Assembly: GCA_963734545.1 (NCBI GenBank) | Contig: CAVTHO010000007.1 | Location: 224,001-288,000 of the forward strand | Source: an uncultured Spirochaetota bacterium | GTDB taxonomy: Bacteria > Spirochaetota > Spirochaetia > SZUA-6 > Fen-1364 | DNA: 64,000 nt | Reading direction: 5' to 3' | In this document: piece after piece, positions 30,229 to 40,867 of the stretch | Position numbering within the stretch: position 1 is the stretch's first letter | Layout of the letters: each line of letters opens with the position of its first letter | The notes under the pieces: model-generated | Told to the model about the DNA's origin: nothing | Databases searched by the model: none | The model's input: the letters and a program-made list of their open reading frames with translations, nothing else | Program-made: the position numbers and the translations under genes

Positions 30229-31782
30229 TTGTCAACCAAAGCGTTCCAGCGCGTGTTCTGGGTGGTGCTCGATGGCATGGGGTATGAGCTCGCGCGCCGA
30301 TGCGTTTCCACCGGGAGATTCCCCGCGCTGTCCCGGATGCAGAGCCAGGGGCATCTCGGGCCGGCCCGGCCCGCATCCCCCGTCTGCCAGACACCGCCGG
30401 CCTTGATGACGCTTTTCACCGGGGAGGAGCCGGCGCAGAGCGGTGTGTGGGGATACTACATGCCCGACCCGAAGACGCCAGAAGCTTCCGTGAGCGGGTT
30501 TCACGTGAGACCGCGGAAGGTCAGCACGCTCTGGGATGCACTTGAACAGCGCGGCCAGGGATACGCGTTGATGAATGTCGCCTACAGGAACGATCCGGTC
30601 TGGTCATCACGCGGTTCCCATCTCGAGTTTGGCTTTGACGGCTACAGGCTGTGGCACAAGCCTGCCGTGTTCAGGCTCGGTCGGCGAGGCCGCCGTATCC
30701 AATACCGTGGAATTGCGCTCACGCTTGCACCTTCCGCAAAGGGAGTGACGATCCTCAAGGGAAGCAGTGTGCGAGGCCGGCTGGCCGCGGAGGAGGGGAA
30801 GGTTGTCCAGCTCACGCACGGATTGCACGCATTCGCTCACCTGCTGGACCGATCGGTCCTCATCTTTCATCCGCTTATCGAGGCGGTGCAGAGAGGAACG
30901 ATCGCAGGCACGGCTGCGGCGGACGGGTTCCTCGATACGAACGTGTTTCGGGTAGTGCGCGGATTGAACGCGCATCGCACCGCGGACGCCTCGCTGTCGG
31001 TTGCCGCTGAGATGATGCCCAGCGCGCTTTGCATGGCCCAGAAGACTGAGCTCATGAGCGCTGCAATCACGAATGAGCGCTCCCGGCTTGTCATAGGATA
31101 TTTCCCTCTCATCGATGAGCTCAATCACGCGTATTTCGATCTGCTGGAAGCCGAATGGCCGGGCGGCCGCGTCTCCGATCTGTACCGCGCTTCCGTGACG
31201 CTCGTGGATCAGCTCCTCGAGCGCGTCATGCGCGCAGCGGATCAGGATACTCTGGTCGTGGTTTCATCGGACCACGGAGCGGCTTCGACTCGAAAGCTGC
31301 TTTACATCAACGAGCTGCTCGCCGCCGAGGGAATTGTGAAGCGATCCGGCGAAGCGTACGACCTGCGACGATCTGCGGCCTTCTACCACCCCTCGGATTG
31401 CGGGCAGGTCGTTGCCCGAAAGGACGTGGATCGCGCGGCGATCCTGGCCGCCATAGGACGCGCACGGGAACGGGCGCACGAGGAGTTCGGCATCGACATC
31501 GATATGCGGGAAGGGAGCATCGACGATCCGTACATCGCCTTCCTCTTTCCGCGCGGGGACGGCTATTTTACGGGCAATCATCCCGGGCGGGGAAGGCCGA
31601 CGCTGGACACCGGACGCCGCGGCGGCCATCATCTTTCCCCGCTTTCTCCCACGCCCTGGATCCAGGCCATGCTGGGCCTCTGGAGTCCGCGCTCCGCTGC
31701 GCTTGCCCGGGAGCTGCCAACGATTCCGGCTGACAACAAGGATGTGAAAGGATTTCTTCTCGAAGTGATGGGGGAAATGTGA
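30229..31782 (+). CDS. Alkaline-phosphatase superfamily protein (nucleotide pyrophosphatase/phosphodiesterase type)
   Basis: VVLDGMG, QTPPAL..LFTG with Thr nucleophile, IDELNH, VSSDHG, GGHH. Confidence 0.8.
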   Translation: MSTKAFQRVFWVVLDGMGYELARRCVSTGRFPALSRMQSQGHLGPARPASPVCQTPPALMTLFTGEEPAQSGVWGYYMPDPKTPEASVSGFHVRPRKVSTLWDALEQRGQGYALMNVAYRNDPVWSSRGSHLEFGFDGYRLWHKPAVFRLGRRGRRIQYRGIALTLAPSAKGVTILKGSSVRGRLAAEEGKVVQLTHGLHAFAHLLDRSVLIFHPLIEAVQRGTIAGTAAADGFLDTNVFRVVRGLNAHRTADASLSVAAEMMPSALCMAQKTELMSAAITNERSRLVIGYFPLIDELNHAYFDLLEAEWPGGRVSDLYRASVTLVDQLLERVMRAADQDTLVVVSSDHGAASTRKLLYINELLAAEGIVKRSGEAYDLRRSAAFYHPSDCGQVVARKDVDRAAILAAIGRARERAHEEFGIDIDMREGSIDDPYIAFLFPRGDGYFTGNHPGRGRPTLDTGRRGGHHLSPLSPTPWIQAMLGLWSPRSAALARELPTIPADNKDVKGFLLEVMGEM

Positions 31783-31789
31783 GCAGGAA

Positions 31790-32371
31790 ATGGAAACGAT
31801 AATCCTTGCCTCAGGGTCGCCGCGCAGGCGGGAGCTTCTCGCAAGGTCAAGCTGCCCGACCAAGGTCATCCCTCCCGGCATCGTGGAAGACCACGCAGCA
31901 TTCGACTCGGTCCCGGAGCTTGTCGCGAACCTCGCCCGCGCCAAGGTCGAGGCGATCCTCGCGCTCTTCAAGACCGAGTCACCTCGGTGGGTCCTCGGTC
32001 TGGATACCGTGGTGGAGGTGGACGGCAGGGTGCTGGGAAAACCGGCAGGGCCTTCAGAGGCGGAATCCATGCTCCGCCAGCTCTCCGGCAGGGTGCACAA
32101 TGTCTACTCCGGGATCGCGCTCCTGGTGGAGAGGGGAAAGCCCATCGAGGAGCAGGTCGTCTGCACGGAGGTGAAGTTCAGGCAGATGACCGACCAGGAG
32201 CTCCATTTTTACGTCGATTCCGGGGAATGGACAGGCGCCGCGGGGGGATACAGGATCCAGGAGCGCGGAGCATTCTTCGTCGAATGGATCCGCGGCTCCT
32301 ACAGCAACGTCGTAGGCTTGCCACTAGAGGCTTTTTATGGCATCTTGGTCAGGAACGAATACCAGTTCTGA
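31790..32371 (+). CDS. maf: Maf-family nucleoside triphosphate pyrophosphatase
   Basis: [46 protein letters not shown]. Confidence 0.92.
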   Translation: METIILASGSPRRRELLARSSCPTKVIPPGIVEDHAAFDSVPELVANLARAKVEAILALFKTESPRWVLGLDTVVEVDGRVLGKPAGPSEAESMLRQLSGRVHNVYSGIALLVERGKPIEEQVVCTEVKFRQMTDQELHFYVDSGEWTGAAGGYRIQERGAFFVEWIRGSYSNVVGLPLEAFYGILVRNEYQF

Positions 32372-32387
32372 CCCTTTCTGTTTCTAT

Positions 32388-32445
32388 CTCACCCGCCCGT
32401 TTTGGGCGGGTGTATAAGCCGTGGGGTAAATGGGGAAGGAGGACT
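32388..32445 (+). promoter_or_regulatory. Probable rpsB leader RNA (uS2 autoregulation)
   Basis: Hairpin ACCCGCCCG-TT-TTGGGCGGGTGT carrying a GGGTGT motif in the rpsB 5' UTR; candidate promoter TTGCCA-17-CATCTT at 32318-32346. Confidence 0.45.
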
Positions 32446-32448
32446 ATT

Positions 32449-33414
32449 TTGGCTGTCGTGACCATGAAAAACCTGCTCGAGTCAGGGGTCCATTTCGGAC
32501 ATCAGACCAAGAGGTGGGATCCGCGGATGAAAAAGTACATCTTCGCGGAGCGCAACGGGATCCACATCATCGATCTTCAGAAAACCATCGTGGCCATCAA
32601 GGATGCCTACGAGGCGGTCAGGAAGACCGTCCTGGCGGGCAAATCCGTGCTCTTCGTCGGAACGAAGAAGCAGGCCCAGCAGACGGTGGAGCGTGAGGCC
32701 AAGCGCTGCGGCATGTTCCACGTGAACAACCGCTGGCTGGGCGGCATGCTGACCAATTTTTCCACCATCAAGAAGTCGCTTCTGCGGCTGAAGAAGCTGG
32801 AGAAGATGGAGATCGACGGCACCTTCGAAAACCTGACGAAGAAGGAAATCGCCCGGTTGATGAAGGAGCGGACAAAGCTGGAGAAGAACCTCGGCGGCAT
32901 CAAGGAAATGAAGGAGCTGCCCGGGATCGTCTTCATCATCGACACCCGCAAGGAGTCCATCGCCGTCACCGAGGCCCGCAAGGTCAATGTGCCCATCGTC
33001 GCGGTCGTGGACACGAACTGCAACCCGGAAGGAATCACCTTCCCCATTCCCGGCAACGACGACGCCATCCGTGCCATCAACCTCTTCGCGCAGATCATTG
33101 CCAACGCGGTGATCGAAGCGGAGAATGAAGTGGGCCTGGAAGTCGTGGAGACGCTCCAGGAGGAGAAGGGAGAAGAGGAGTTCGCCGAGGCCATCGACAA
33201 GGGAGAGTTCGCCGCGCAGTCGAAGTACGATCAGGAAGAAGTGGAAAAGGTCGCCGTGGCCGCCGCGCTGGGCGCCGCCGCAGCGGAGGAGGCCGCCACC
33301 GGCTTCACCGACAAGGACTACTCCAACTACAATCCGGACGAGGCTGTGAAGAAGGAAGAGACCCCTTCCCCCGAAGAGCCCGAGATCGACGAAGAAAAGC
33401 TCTACAAGGAATAA
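32449..33414 (+). CDS. rpsB: 30S ribosomal protein S2 with acidic C-terminal extension
   Basis: [31 protein letters not shown]; TTG start after AAGGAGG. Confidence 0.97.
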   Translation: MAVVTMKNLLESGVHFGHQTKRWDPRMKKYIFAERNGIHIIDLQKTIVAIKDAYEAVRKTVLAGKSVLFVGTKKQAQQTVEREAKRCGMFHVNNRWLGGMLTNFSTIKKSLLRLKKLEKMEIDGTFENLTKKEIARLMKERTKLEKNLGGIKEMKELPGIVFIIDTRKESIAVTEARKVNVPIVAVVDTNCNPEGITFPIPGNDDAIRAINLFAQIIANAVIEAENEVGLEVVETLQEEKGEEEFAEAIDKGEFAAQSKYDQEEVEKVAVAAALGAAAAEEAATGFTDKDYSNYNPDEAVKKEETPSPEEPEIDEEKLYKE

Positions 33415-33426
33415 GAGGGAAGAGGC

Positions 33427-34265
33427 ATGGAGATCAAAGCAACAGAGGTGAAAAGGCTCCGGGAGAAAGACCGGGGCGGGAATGATGGACTGCAAGAACG
33501 CACTCATCAAGTGCGAGGGCAGACTTCGACAAGGCGGAGCGTCTGCTCAAGGAGCAGGGGCTGGCCGCCGCCGTGAAGAAAAGCGACCGCGTCACCAACA
33601 GCGGCAAGATTTTTTCGCGGATGCTTCCCGACAAGGGCATCCTCCTCGAGCTCACCAGTGAGACGGACTTCGTGGCGCGCAACAGCATGTTCCTGGAGCT
33701 CGGTGAGGCGCTTCTGGACAAGGTGGTGGCGCAGAAGCTCACCGCCCCCACGGAGGAGCTCCAGCTCATGGTCAAGGAGACCATCGGCAAGATCAAGGAA
33801 AACATGCAGATTCGCCGAATCGTGACCATGCCCGTCGCGGCCGGCGAAGTTCTGGTGGAATACGTCCACGACAACCGGATCGGCGTCATGCTGCGCTTCT
33901 CTCTCGGAGACCCCAAGGTGAAGGACTCCCCGAGGGTGAAGGAGATACTGTTCGACTGCGCCCTGCACGCCGCGGCGTTCGCCCCCCTGTTCCTCTCCCG
34001 GGACAAGGTGAGCCCGGCGTTCCTCAAGGAGCAGGAAGAGATCTTTGCCAAGCAGGCCGAAAATCTCGGCAAGCCGCCCAACGTTCTCCAGGGAATCATC
34101 AAGGGCAAGGTAAACAAGATGCTCTCGGAGATCTGCCTGCTCGAACAGCCGTTCGTGAAGGACGACAAGCGCAAGATGTCCAAGGTTCTGGAGGACCTGT
34201 CGAAGGAAGTGGGCACGAAGATCGACATCGTCGACTACACCTACATGAAGCTGGGGGCCGAATAG
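33427..34265 (+). CDS. tsf: Elongation factor Ts (two frameshifts near 33467 and 33521)
   Basis: MEIKATEVKRLREK, GAGMMDCKNAL, FDKA, ETDFVARN, GKP..V..GIIKGK, CLLEQPFVKD. Confidence 0.93.
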
Positions 34266-34315
34266 GCCCCGCGAGGGGGGGCCGAATAAGCCCCGCGAGG
34301 GGGGGCCGAACAGGC
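34254..34315. repeat. 24-bp tandem repeat overlapping the tsf stop
   Basis: GGGGCCGAATA(G/A)GCCCCGCGAGGG x2 plus a partial third copy; each unit forms a GGGGC/GCCCC hairpin. Confidence 0.85.
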
Positions 34316-34385
34316 TGTCCCAGGGGAAGCGTGCAGGAGCGCGTTTGAGACGGCAGTTCGAACCCATCCTGAAGGAGGTTCTCGT

Positions 34386-34946
34386 ATGACGCGGGACAAG
34401 ATCAGGAGCCAGGCTGAGGAACGGATGAAGAAAAGCATCCAGTCTCTGCTGGACGAGTTCAAGACACTGCGCGGGAGCCGGGCGTCGCAGTCCCTGTTCG
34501 AGAAGATCCGGGTCGAGTACTACGGAAACAAGGTTCCCTTGAACCAGGTCGCCACGATCTCCATCCCCGAGGCGCGGCTGGTGATTATCCAGCCCTGGGA
34601 CAGGTCTGTGCTGGCGGAGATCGAAAAGGCCATCCAGAAATCGGAGCTTTCGGTCAATCCGAACAACGACGGAAAGGTCATTCGGATCAACATCCCGCCC
34701 CTCACGGAGGACCGTCGCAAGGAGCTGGTCAAGCTCACGAAGACCACCGCGGAGCAGTCACGCGTGTCGGTGCGCAACGTGCGTCGTGAGGCGAACGAGG
34801 AGATCAAGAAGGCCAAGTCCGACTCCGAGCTGAGCGAGGACGAGGCGAAGAAGGCAACCGACGAGATCCAGAAGCTCACCGACAAGCACATCGAGGAGAT
34901 CAACAAGCTCCTCGAGGCGAAGGAAAAGGAAATCCTGGAAGTGTGA
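34386..34946 (+). CDS. frr: Ribosome recycling factor
   Basis: VEYYG, PLNQVATI, IQPWD, NPNNDG, IPPLTEDRRKEL, RNVRR. Confidence 0.96.
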   Translation: MTRDKIRSQAEERMKKSIQSLLDEFKTLRGSRASQSLFEKIRVEYYGNKVPLNQVATISIPEARLVIIQPWDRSVLAEIEKAIQKSELSVNPNNDGKVIRINIPPLTEDRRKELVKLTKTTAEQSRVSVRNVRREANEEIKKAKSDSELSEDEAKKATDEIQKLTDKHIEEINKLLEAKEKEILEV

Positions 34947-35752
34947 GCGCCTCGCCGGATTCTGCATCGCGGTATTCCGCGGATTCTGCATCGCGGTACC
35001 CCGCGGATCCGCGGCCCCGGGAAGCCGCGTCGCCGCCCGCCCGCGGCGGAGCGCCACACGATCACCCCGAGCTTCCCCCACACGTGGGCATCATCATGGA
35101 CGGCAATGGCAGGTGGGCCAAGGCGCGCGGGAGGCCGCGCACTGAGGGTCACCTGGAGGGCGCCAAGGCCGCCAAGCGCGTGGTGGCGGCCGCGGCGGAC
35201 GCGGGGCTTGCGTACCTCAGTCTCTACATTTTTTCCACCGAGAACTGGAGCCGCGCCGAGGAAGAGGTGTCCTACCTCATGTTTCTCGTGCGTTCTTATC
35301 TGCGGAAGGAGTATGATTTCTATCGCCAGAATGGCATACGGATCGTGCACAGCGGAGACATGGAGCGCCTGCCGCCGGACATCGCCCAGGAGATCCGCGA
35401 GGTGACGAAGGATACCGCGCAATTCAGAGGTCTCACGGTGAATCTTTCGATCAATTACGGCGGAAGGAACGAGATTATCCGCGCCTTCAACAAGATTCTC
35501 GCGGGCGGGAGGCGTGAGCCCCTCACCGAGGAATCATTTCGCGCGTATCTGGATCATCCGGAGCTGCCCGACCCCGACCTGATCATAAGGAGCGCGAACG
35601 AGCAGCGGCTTTCCAATTTCCTGCTCTGGGAATCGGCCTACGCGGAGCTGTACTTCAGCCCCAAGCCGTGGCCTGACTGGACCGGGGAGGATCTCATGGA
35701 AGCCCTGAAGGAATACAAGCGAAGATCGCGCACATTCGGAGTCGCGTTGTGA
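34943..35752 (+). CDS. uppS: Undecaprenyl diphosphate synthase
   Basis: HVGIIMDGNGRWA, FSTENW, INYGGR, PDLIIR, RLSNFLLW. Confidence 0.95.
   Translation: MSASPDSASRYSADSASRYPADPRPREAASPPARGGAPHDHPELPPHVGIIMDGNGRWAKARGRPRTEGHLEGAKAAKRVVAAAADAGLAYLSLYIFSTENWSRAEEEVSYLMFLVRSYLRKEYDFYRQNGIRIVHSGDMERLPPDIAQEIREVTKDTAQFRGLTVNLSINYGGRNEIIRAFNKILAGGRREPLTEESFRAYLDHPELPDPDLIIRSANEQRLSNFLLWESAYAELYFSPKPWPDWTGEDLMEALKEYKRRSRTFGVAL
34956..35014. repeat. 24-bp in-frame variant of the CCGCGG repeat family in the uppS 5' end
   Basis: GGATTCTGCATCGCGGTA(TT/CC)CCGC x2; encodes DSASRYSA-DSASRYPA. Confidence 0.8.
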
Positions 35753-36600
35753 ACTGGAAAAGCTTTCGGTCCCGCGTGATTCTGGTCGGGATTGCATTCC
35801 CGCTTCTCGGCGTCATTATTCTTCTTCTGCCTCATGTGCACCACCTGGTGGTCAACATTCTGGTGGTGGGAGTCAGCCTGCTGGGCGGGCTGGAAATGGC
35901 GGCTCTCTTCCGCGCCCGGAAGATCCCGACCTCGGATACCCTTGCGCCGATCCTCGGCGCAAGCCTTCCCGCGGGGGTATTTCTGGAAGTGGCCGGCGTG
36001 CTTCCCGCGGGCTGGATGGGCCTCTGGCTCCCCGCCGCGCTGGGCATCATCCTGATCAGGGCCGTCCTCCTCCACAAAGACAGGAACCTGACGGAAGTCC
36101 TCGCGTACGCCTCTTCGTCATTTTTCACCTTTCTCTATCCCGGTTTCTTTCTCACCTGGATCGTGAGATTGTCCAGCCTTCCGGAACCTTCACTTTCCAT
36201 TCTCTTCTTTCTCTGTCTCGTGTTCGGGAACGATATGGCGGCGTACTTTGCAGGCAGTCTGTGGGGGGCGTCCAGCCGGCTCAATCTTCCCGTCAGCCCG
36301 CAGAAGAGCGCGGTGGGATTTGCCGGAGGCCTGTTCGGCTCTCTCGTCGTGGTCGGTCTTTTTCTTCTGCTGACTCCGGGCTTTCCGCGTTTCGGTCTCC
36401 CGCTTGACATCGTGCTCGGGCTCTCGACCGGGGTGACCGTGATTCTGGGAGACCTTCTGGAGAGCGGTTTGAAGAGGTCGGCCGGGGTGAAGGACTCAGG
36501 GATCGTCATCCCAGCGCGGGGCGGCATTCTGGATTCAGTCGATTCGATGATCCTTACCGCGCCCCTTTTCTACTATTTTTTCACCCTGGTCGGCCGGTAG
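35749..36600 (+). CDS. cdsA: Phosphatidate cytidylyltransferase
   Basis: Multi-TM; D..AYF.G, VSPQKS, GDLLESGLKR..GVKDSG...GGILD.VDS. Confidence 0.93.
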   Translation: MNWKSFRSRVILVGIAFPLLGVIILLLPHVHHLVVNILVVGVSLLGGLEMAALFRARKIPTSDTLAPILGASLPAGVFLEVAGVLPAGWMGLWLPAALGIILIRAVLLHKDRNLTEVLAYASSSFFTFLYPGFFLTWIVRLSSLPEPSLSILFFLCLVFGNDMAAYFAGSLWGASSRLNLPVSPQKSAVGFAGGLFGSLVVVGLFLLLTPGFPRFGLPLDIVLGLSTGVTVILGDLLESGLKRSAGVKDSGIVIPARGGILDSVDSMILTAPLFYYFFTLVGR

Positions 36601-36643
36601 GGCGCAGGTGCCCGCCGTGTCATCTTGATTGAAGGGATTCTGA

Positions 36644-38050
36644 ATGATTCTTACGATATTACTGGGAATTGTCGGGCTCGGCCTCATGGTGTTCATCCAC
36701 GAGCTGGGACACTTTGTTGCGGCAAAGATGAACGGCGTGGGCGTAGAGGTGTTCTCCCTCGGCTGGGGTCCACGGCTGGCGGGATTCACGCGCGGCGGGA
36801 CGTCGTACCAGATCTCCTGGTTCCCCATCGGCGGGTACTGCAAGATGAAAGGGGAGCTCGTGCCGGGAATCGCCGGCGGACGCGCTGACGCTGCCGCCGC
36901 CGGGGAAAGCGTGCCCGCGGTCGAGCCTGCGCTGGAGAAGGGCTCTTTCCTCGCTGCCGCGCCGTGGCGGAGAATCGTGATCGCCGCTTTCGGACCGCTT
37001 TTCAACCTCGTCTTCGCCATGCTCATCTTCGCAACGCTCTGGTGGGTCGGCTTTGCCGTGCATTCCCCGGACAACAGGGTAGTTCTGGCAACGGACTACA
37101 CCCTGGACGCGCTGGCTCAGCGGCCGCCCGCCGCCGTCGCGGGTCTGAAAACAGGAGACCGCGTCACCGCGATCGACGGCGCGCCCGTGGAGAAGTTTCA
37201 GGACATCCTTGAGACTGTCTCCGTTGCGCCCGGCCGCAAATTCCTCTTCACGATCCAACGGGCCTCCGAGGGAGCCGTGCAGACTCTTGTTCTGCCGATT
37301 ACCCCGGAGCTGGACAAGAACACGGGAGCGGGAAGGATCGGGATCTACGCGTGGGTGGATCCGGTCCTGGACACTGTCGAGCCGGGCAGCGCGGCGGCCA
37401 TAGCGGGTCTGCAGAAAGGTGACACTCTGCTGCTCGCCAACGGGCGGCCCATCCGCAACAGCATGGATTTCTACCAGCAGCTCGCCTCGAAACCGCAGAA
37501 AGTGGATCTTGCCTACCAGCGGGCGGGGCGGCAGGTGAGTGTTCCTCTCATTCTCATGTACGACGAGAAGGGCGCCCCCCGGCTCGGGCTGGGCTTTGCG
37601 TCCCTTGTTTTTCGCTCGCCGCGCCTGGGTCTTGGCGGCGCGCTCGGCAAGAGCGTGCAGGAGACGTGGAGCACCGTGACCCTCACGGTCAAGGGAATCG
37701 GGCTGCTTTTCCAGGGCATCAAGCTGCGGAACGCGGTCGCGGGCCCTTTGCGGATTACCTACTACATCGGGTCAGCGGCCACCAGTGGATTCCAGGTCGG
37801 ATTCGGGGCCGGGGTAGTGTCTTTCTTCCGCTTTCTCGCGTTCCTCAGCGTGGTGCTCTTTCTCATGAACCTCCTTCCCATACCGGCGATGGACGGCGGA
37901 CAGATCGTTCTGTTCATCGTGGAGATCGTGCGGGGCAAGGCGGTGAGATCGCGCCTGATCTGGCGGCTTCAGCTCATTGGGTTCTCGATCCTCATCATAC
38001 TCAGCCTGATGGTCACCTTCAGTGACGTGCTCTTTTTCATGGGACGATAG
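36644..38050 (+). CDS. rseP: RIP metalloprotease RseP
   Basis: IHELGH, PIGGYC, GPLFN, two PDZ domains, NLLPIPAMDGG. Confidence 0.94.
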   Translation: MILTILLGIVGLGLMVFIHELGHFVAAKMNGVGVEVFSLGWGPRLAGFTRGGTSYQISWFPIGGYCKMKGELVPGIAGGRADAAAAGESVPAVEPALEKGSFLAAAPWRRIVIAAFGPLFNLVFAMLIFATLWWVGFAVHSPDNRVVLATDYTLDALAQRPPAAVAGLKTGDRVTAIDGAPVEKFQDILETVSVAPGRKFLFTIQRASEGAVQTLVLPITPELDKNTGAGRIGIYAWVDPVLDTVEPGSAAAIAGLQKGDTLLLANGRPIRNSMDFYQQLASKPQKVDLAYQRAGRQVSVPLILMYDEKGAPRLGLGFASLVFRSPRLGLGGALGKSVQETWSTVTLTVKGIGLLFQGIKLRNAVAGPLRITYYIGSAATSGFQVGFGAGVVSFFRFLAFLSVVLFLMNLLPIPAMDGGQIVLFIVEIVRGKAVRSRLIWRLQLIGFSILIILSLMVTFSDVLFFMGR

Positions 38051-38052
38051 CC

Positions 38053-38690
38053 ATGACGTACCACTCACGGCACATTGCCTGCTTCTGCGAAAACTCCTTC
38101 GACGCGCAGATACCGGAGTCTGCCGACCTCGCGGCGGATTCCGGGCGTGCAGGACCTGATTCTCAGCGGTGATTTCATGGCCGTGAGCTGTCCCTCCTGC
38201 GGCAAGAGGCTCACTCCGGAGTTCCCTTTCCGCCTCACCGGCGTCATGAAAGTCGGCGAGATCTTTCTGATCCCCGAGGCGGACCGCGCCGCTTTCGTTC
38301 ACGGCAGAGCTCGAGTACGATGTCGGGAAGCCGGGCCGGGTGGTGGTCGGTTTCCCCGAGCTCGCGGAGAAAGTGCTCATGTGCAGCCGCGGGCTTGATG
38401 ACCGCGTCATCGAGATAATGAAGTACTACCTCCTGACGGGAGCCGCCGCGGGAGGCGGCCAGGAGCAGGACAAGGATGTCACGCTGGCCTACCGGGGCGT
38501 GGAAGGGGACAAGCACCTCTTCCACATACTCGGCATCAAGGCGGGGGAGGTCGGGGTTGCCCGGCTCGCCGATCAATTCTACCAGAAGATCGCGTCGGAC
38601 GTGGAAAGTCGTGTCCGGGAAGAGCCTTTCAGCGATTTCTGCGAGCCTCCCTGGGTGTCTCTGCGACGTGCCGCGGGAGGGGTGGGATGA
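38053..38690 (+). CDS. CpXC-domain protein (frameshifts near 38140 and 38309)
   Basis: IACFC, ILSGDFMAVSCPSCG, ELAEK, LDDRVIEIMKY across three frames; same position as in Treponema. Confidence 0.72.
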
Positions 38691-40763
38691 AGCTCCGTTT
38701 CGTCATGCTCCTGGGGCTCTGCGGCGCGCTGGGTGTCGCGTGCCGGGGGTTTGCCGCCGGAGCGGGCGAAACCGACCTGCGCAGCATCGTGAATACGGGG
38801 CATACGGGCGCGGTGCGGGGTCTCGAGTACGACGAAAGACGCGACCTGCTTTTCAGCGCGGGAGACGACGGGACGGTGCGGATATGGGACGCTGCGGCCG
38901 GATCCCTCGCGCGCAAGCTCCAGGTGACGCAGCTCGGCGCGGAGCTGCTCGCCGTCAACCCGGTCGTGCCGCAGGTTGCCGTTGTCGTGACGGACGGCAC
39001 GGGTTCGTATTACCTCTCCGTGTGGAACTGGGAGGAGGAGCGTCAGCTCTTCCGTGTCCCCCTCAAGGAAGAGCCCCTTTTCTGTCAGATACTCGTCCAT
39101 GGGGAGCTTCATCGAATACGCCGAGTCCTCCTGGCAAAGTCTGAAAATACTGCGGGCGGAGGACGGCTCCGCGGTGCCGTTTCACCCCGAGGGATTCGGC
39201 ATGGTGGGATTCGCGGAAATGTCGCGGTCGGAAAAGACCATCATGACATACCAGCTTTCAGGCCGGATCGACTATTGGGACCTCGAAACGGGACGGCAGA
39301 CTCTTGACCTCCCTTCGGTGCCTTACCTGTCACGGATCCGCATTTCACGCGACCGGCGATACATCTTCGGGTCGACCGGCAGCGAGCTGGTCCTGGTAGA
39401 CACGGTCACGGGGGCCGTCCGCAGCCGCACGAGTCTCATGGGTGCGATTTCCTTTGACATATCCCCGAACGGCGATGAGATCGCGTGCCTATCGGGCGCG
39501 GAGGGCAGGCTCGACCGCTGGAGCTTTGCCGGTGAGGCGCTCGCCCCGCTTCCCGGCCTTCCGCCGCTCCCCGCGGCGCCGTCTCTCCTGTGTTACGGTG
39601 CCGACACGCTCTTCATTGCGGATTCAGCGGGCGGCCTTCACTCCATCTCCCCGGGGGAGACGAGACAACCGGTTCACCTCCAACGTGCTTGCGCGGCTCG
39701 ATGCAATAGATGCCGCGCCCGGTCTCGTTGCGGTCGGCGGGCCGGATTGGATTCGCGTTCTCAGCACCGACATTCTGGAAGATGCGCATTCCCCCGCCTC
39801 CATCAGGTCCCTTCTGGCTCAGAACCCTTTCCACGCGCCGGCGGGCCTGGCATTCCTGCCGACACAGCAGTTGCTTGCCTGGCGTGCCGACAGGCAGCCC
39901 CCGGCGCTTGCCCTTCTTGGGATCGCAGGCATGGACAGACCGGAAACCCAGGGGAGTCTTCAGCGGCCTGCCCACCGGTTTTCTTGCCCCGTTGAATGCC
40001 CTTCGGGTTACGGTGGATTCGCTTCTCGGCGTCGAAAGCGACGGCACGGTCCGGCAGACCGAAACCACTTCCGGCGCTTCGCGATTTGATCAGCGGATAC
40101 CGGGGATTTTTGCGGCGGTCGCAGTCTCGCCGACAGAGCTGATTGCGGGAAGAAACTCCGCTGCGGCCCCCGGAGGATCGCTCCTGAGAGTGGACACCCG
40201 CACGCGGGAGACTGTCGCGATCAAGGACAGGAATGCCTTTACTTATGGGCTTCTTCTTGATGCGTCCGACGCCGGCGGAGCGCCGATCCTCTACTCCGTG
40301 GGCATCGATGCCTCAGGCGGCACCAACCTGATACGGCACGGCGGTCCGGGCTTCGAGCAGGAGACGCTGCTGGGAAGGGTGTCGGAGGAGGACCTGGATG
40401 TGAGCCTGGCGCTGGACCAGTCGACCCACGTGCTCTATGCCACTCTTGGTCATGACAGCGTCTCGGCGTGGGATGGGACGCAGATGAAGGAAATAGCCCT
40501 GCAGAACACCGCCCCGCGCAGGCTCGTCGCCCGGGCCGGGCAAGCTTTTCTCGCTCAACCGGGATTCGACCGTGAGCGTGCTCGATGGCGCGACCGGAGC
40601 GCGCCTGGCGGAAATCTCCTTGTTCGCGGACGGAGAATGGTGCGCGCTCCTCGAGGACGGCCGGTACGCCGCCTCCCTCGGAGGTGACGCGCACGTGAAG
40701 GTGTTTCAGAACGGATCCCCTGTCCAGGCGACCGAGGACTTCAGGCTGCGGACAGGGCGATGA
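38687..40763 (+). CDS. Secreted WD40/beta-propeller protein (about four frameshifts)
   Basis: Signal peptide; GHTGAV...LFSAGDDGTVRIWD; coding continues through ORFs 39054, 39442, 39710 and 40572. Confidence 0.72.
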
Positions 40764-40793
40764 GGGAGAGCGCCAGGTCGGCTCGGGCTAGTG

Positions 40794-40867
40794 GCGGAGT
40801 ACGGCTGGGTGTGATTAGTACGGAGTACCGTTCTAATCGCCGACGCGGAGTACCGCTGGCGCGATTA
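40794..40867. terminator. Hairpin cluster between convergent genes (CGGAGTAC x3), possible bidirectional terminator
   Basis: GATTAG-TACGG-AGTA-CCGT-T-CTAATC and GCGG-AGTA-CCGC stems; no U tract. Confidence 0.4.
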
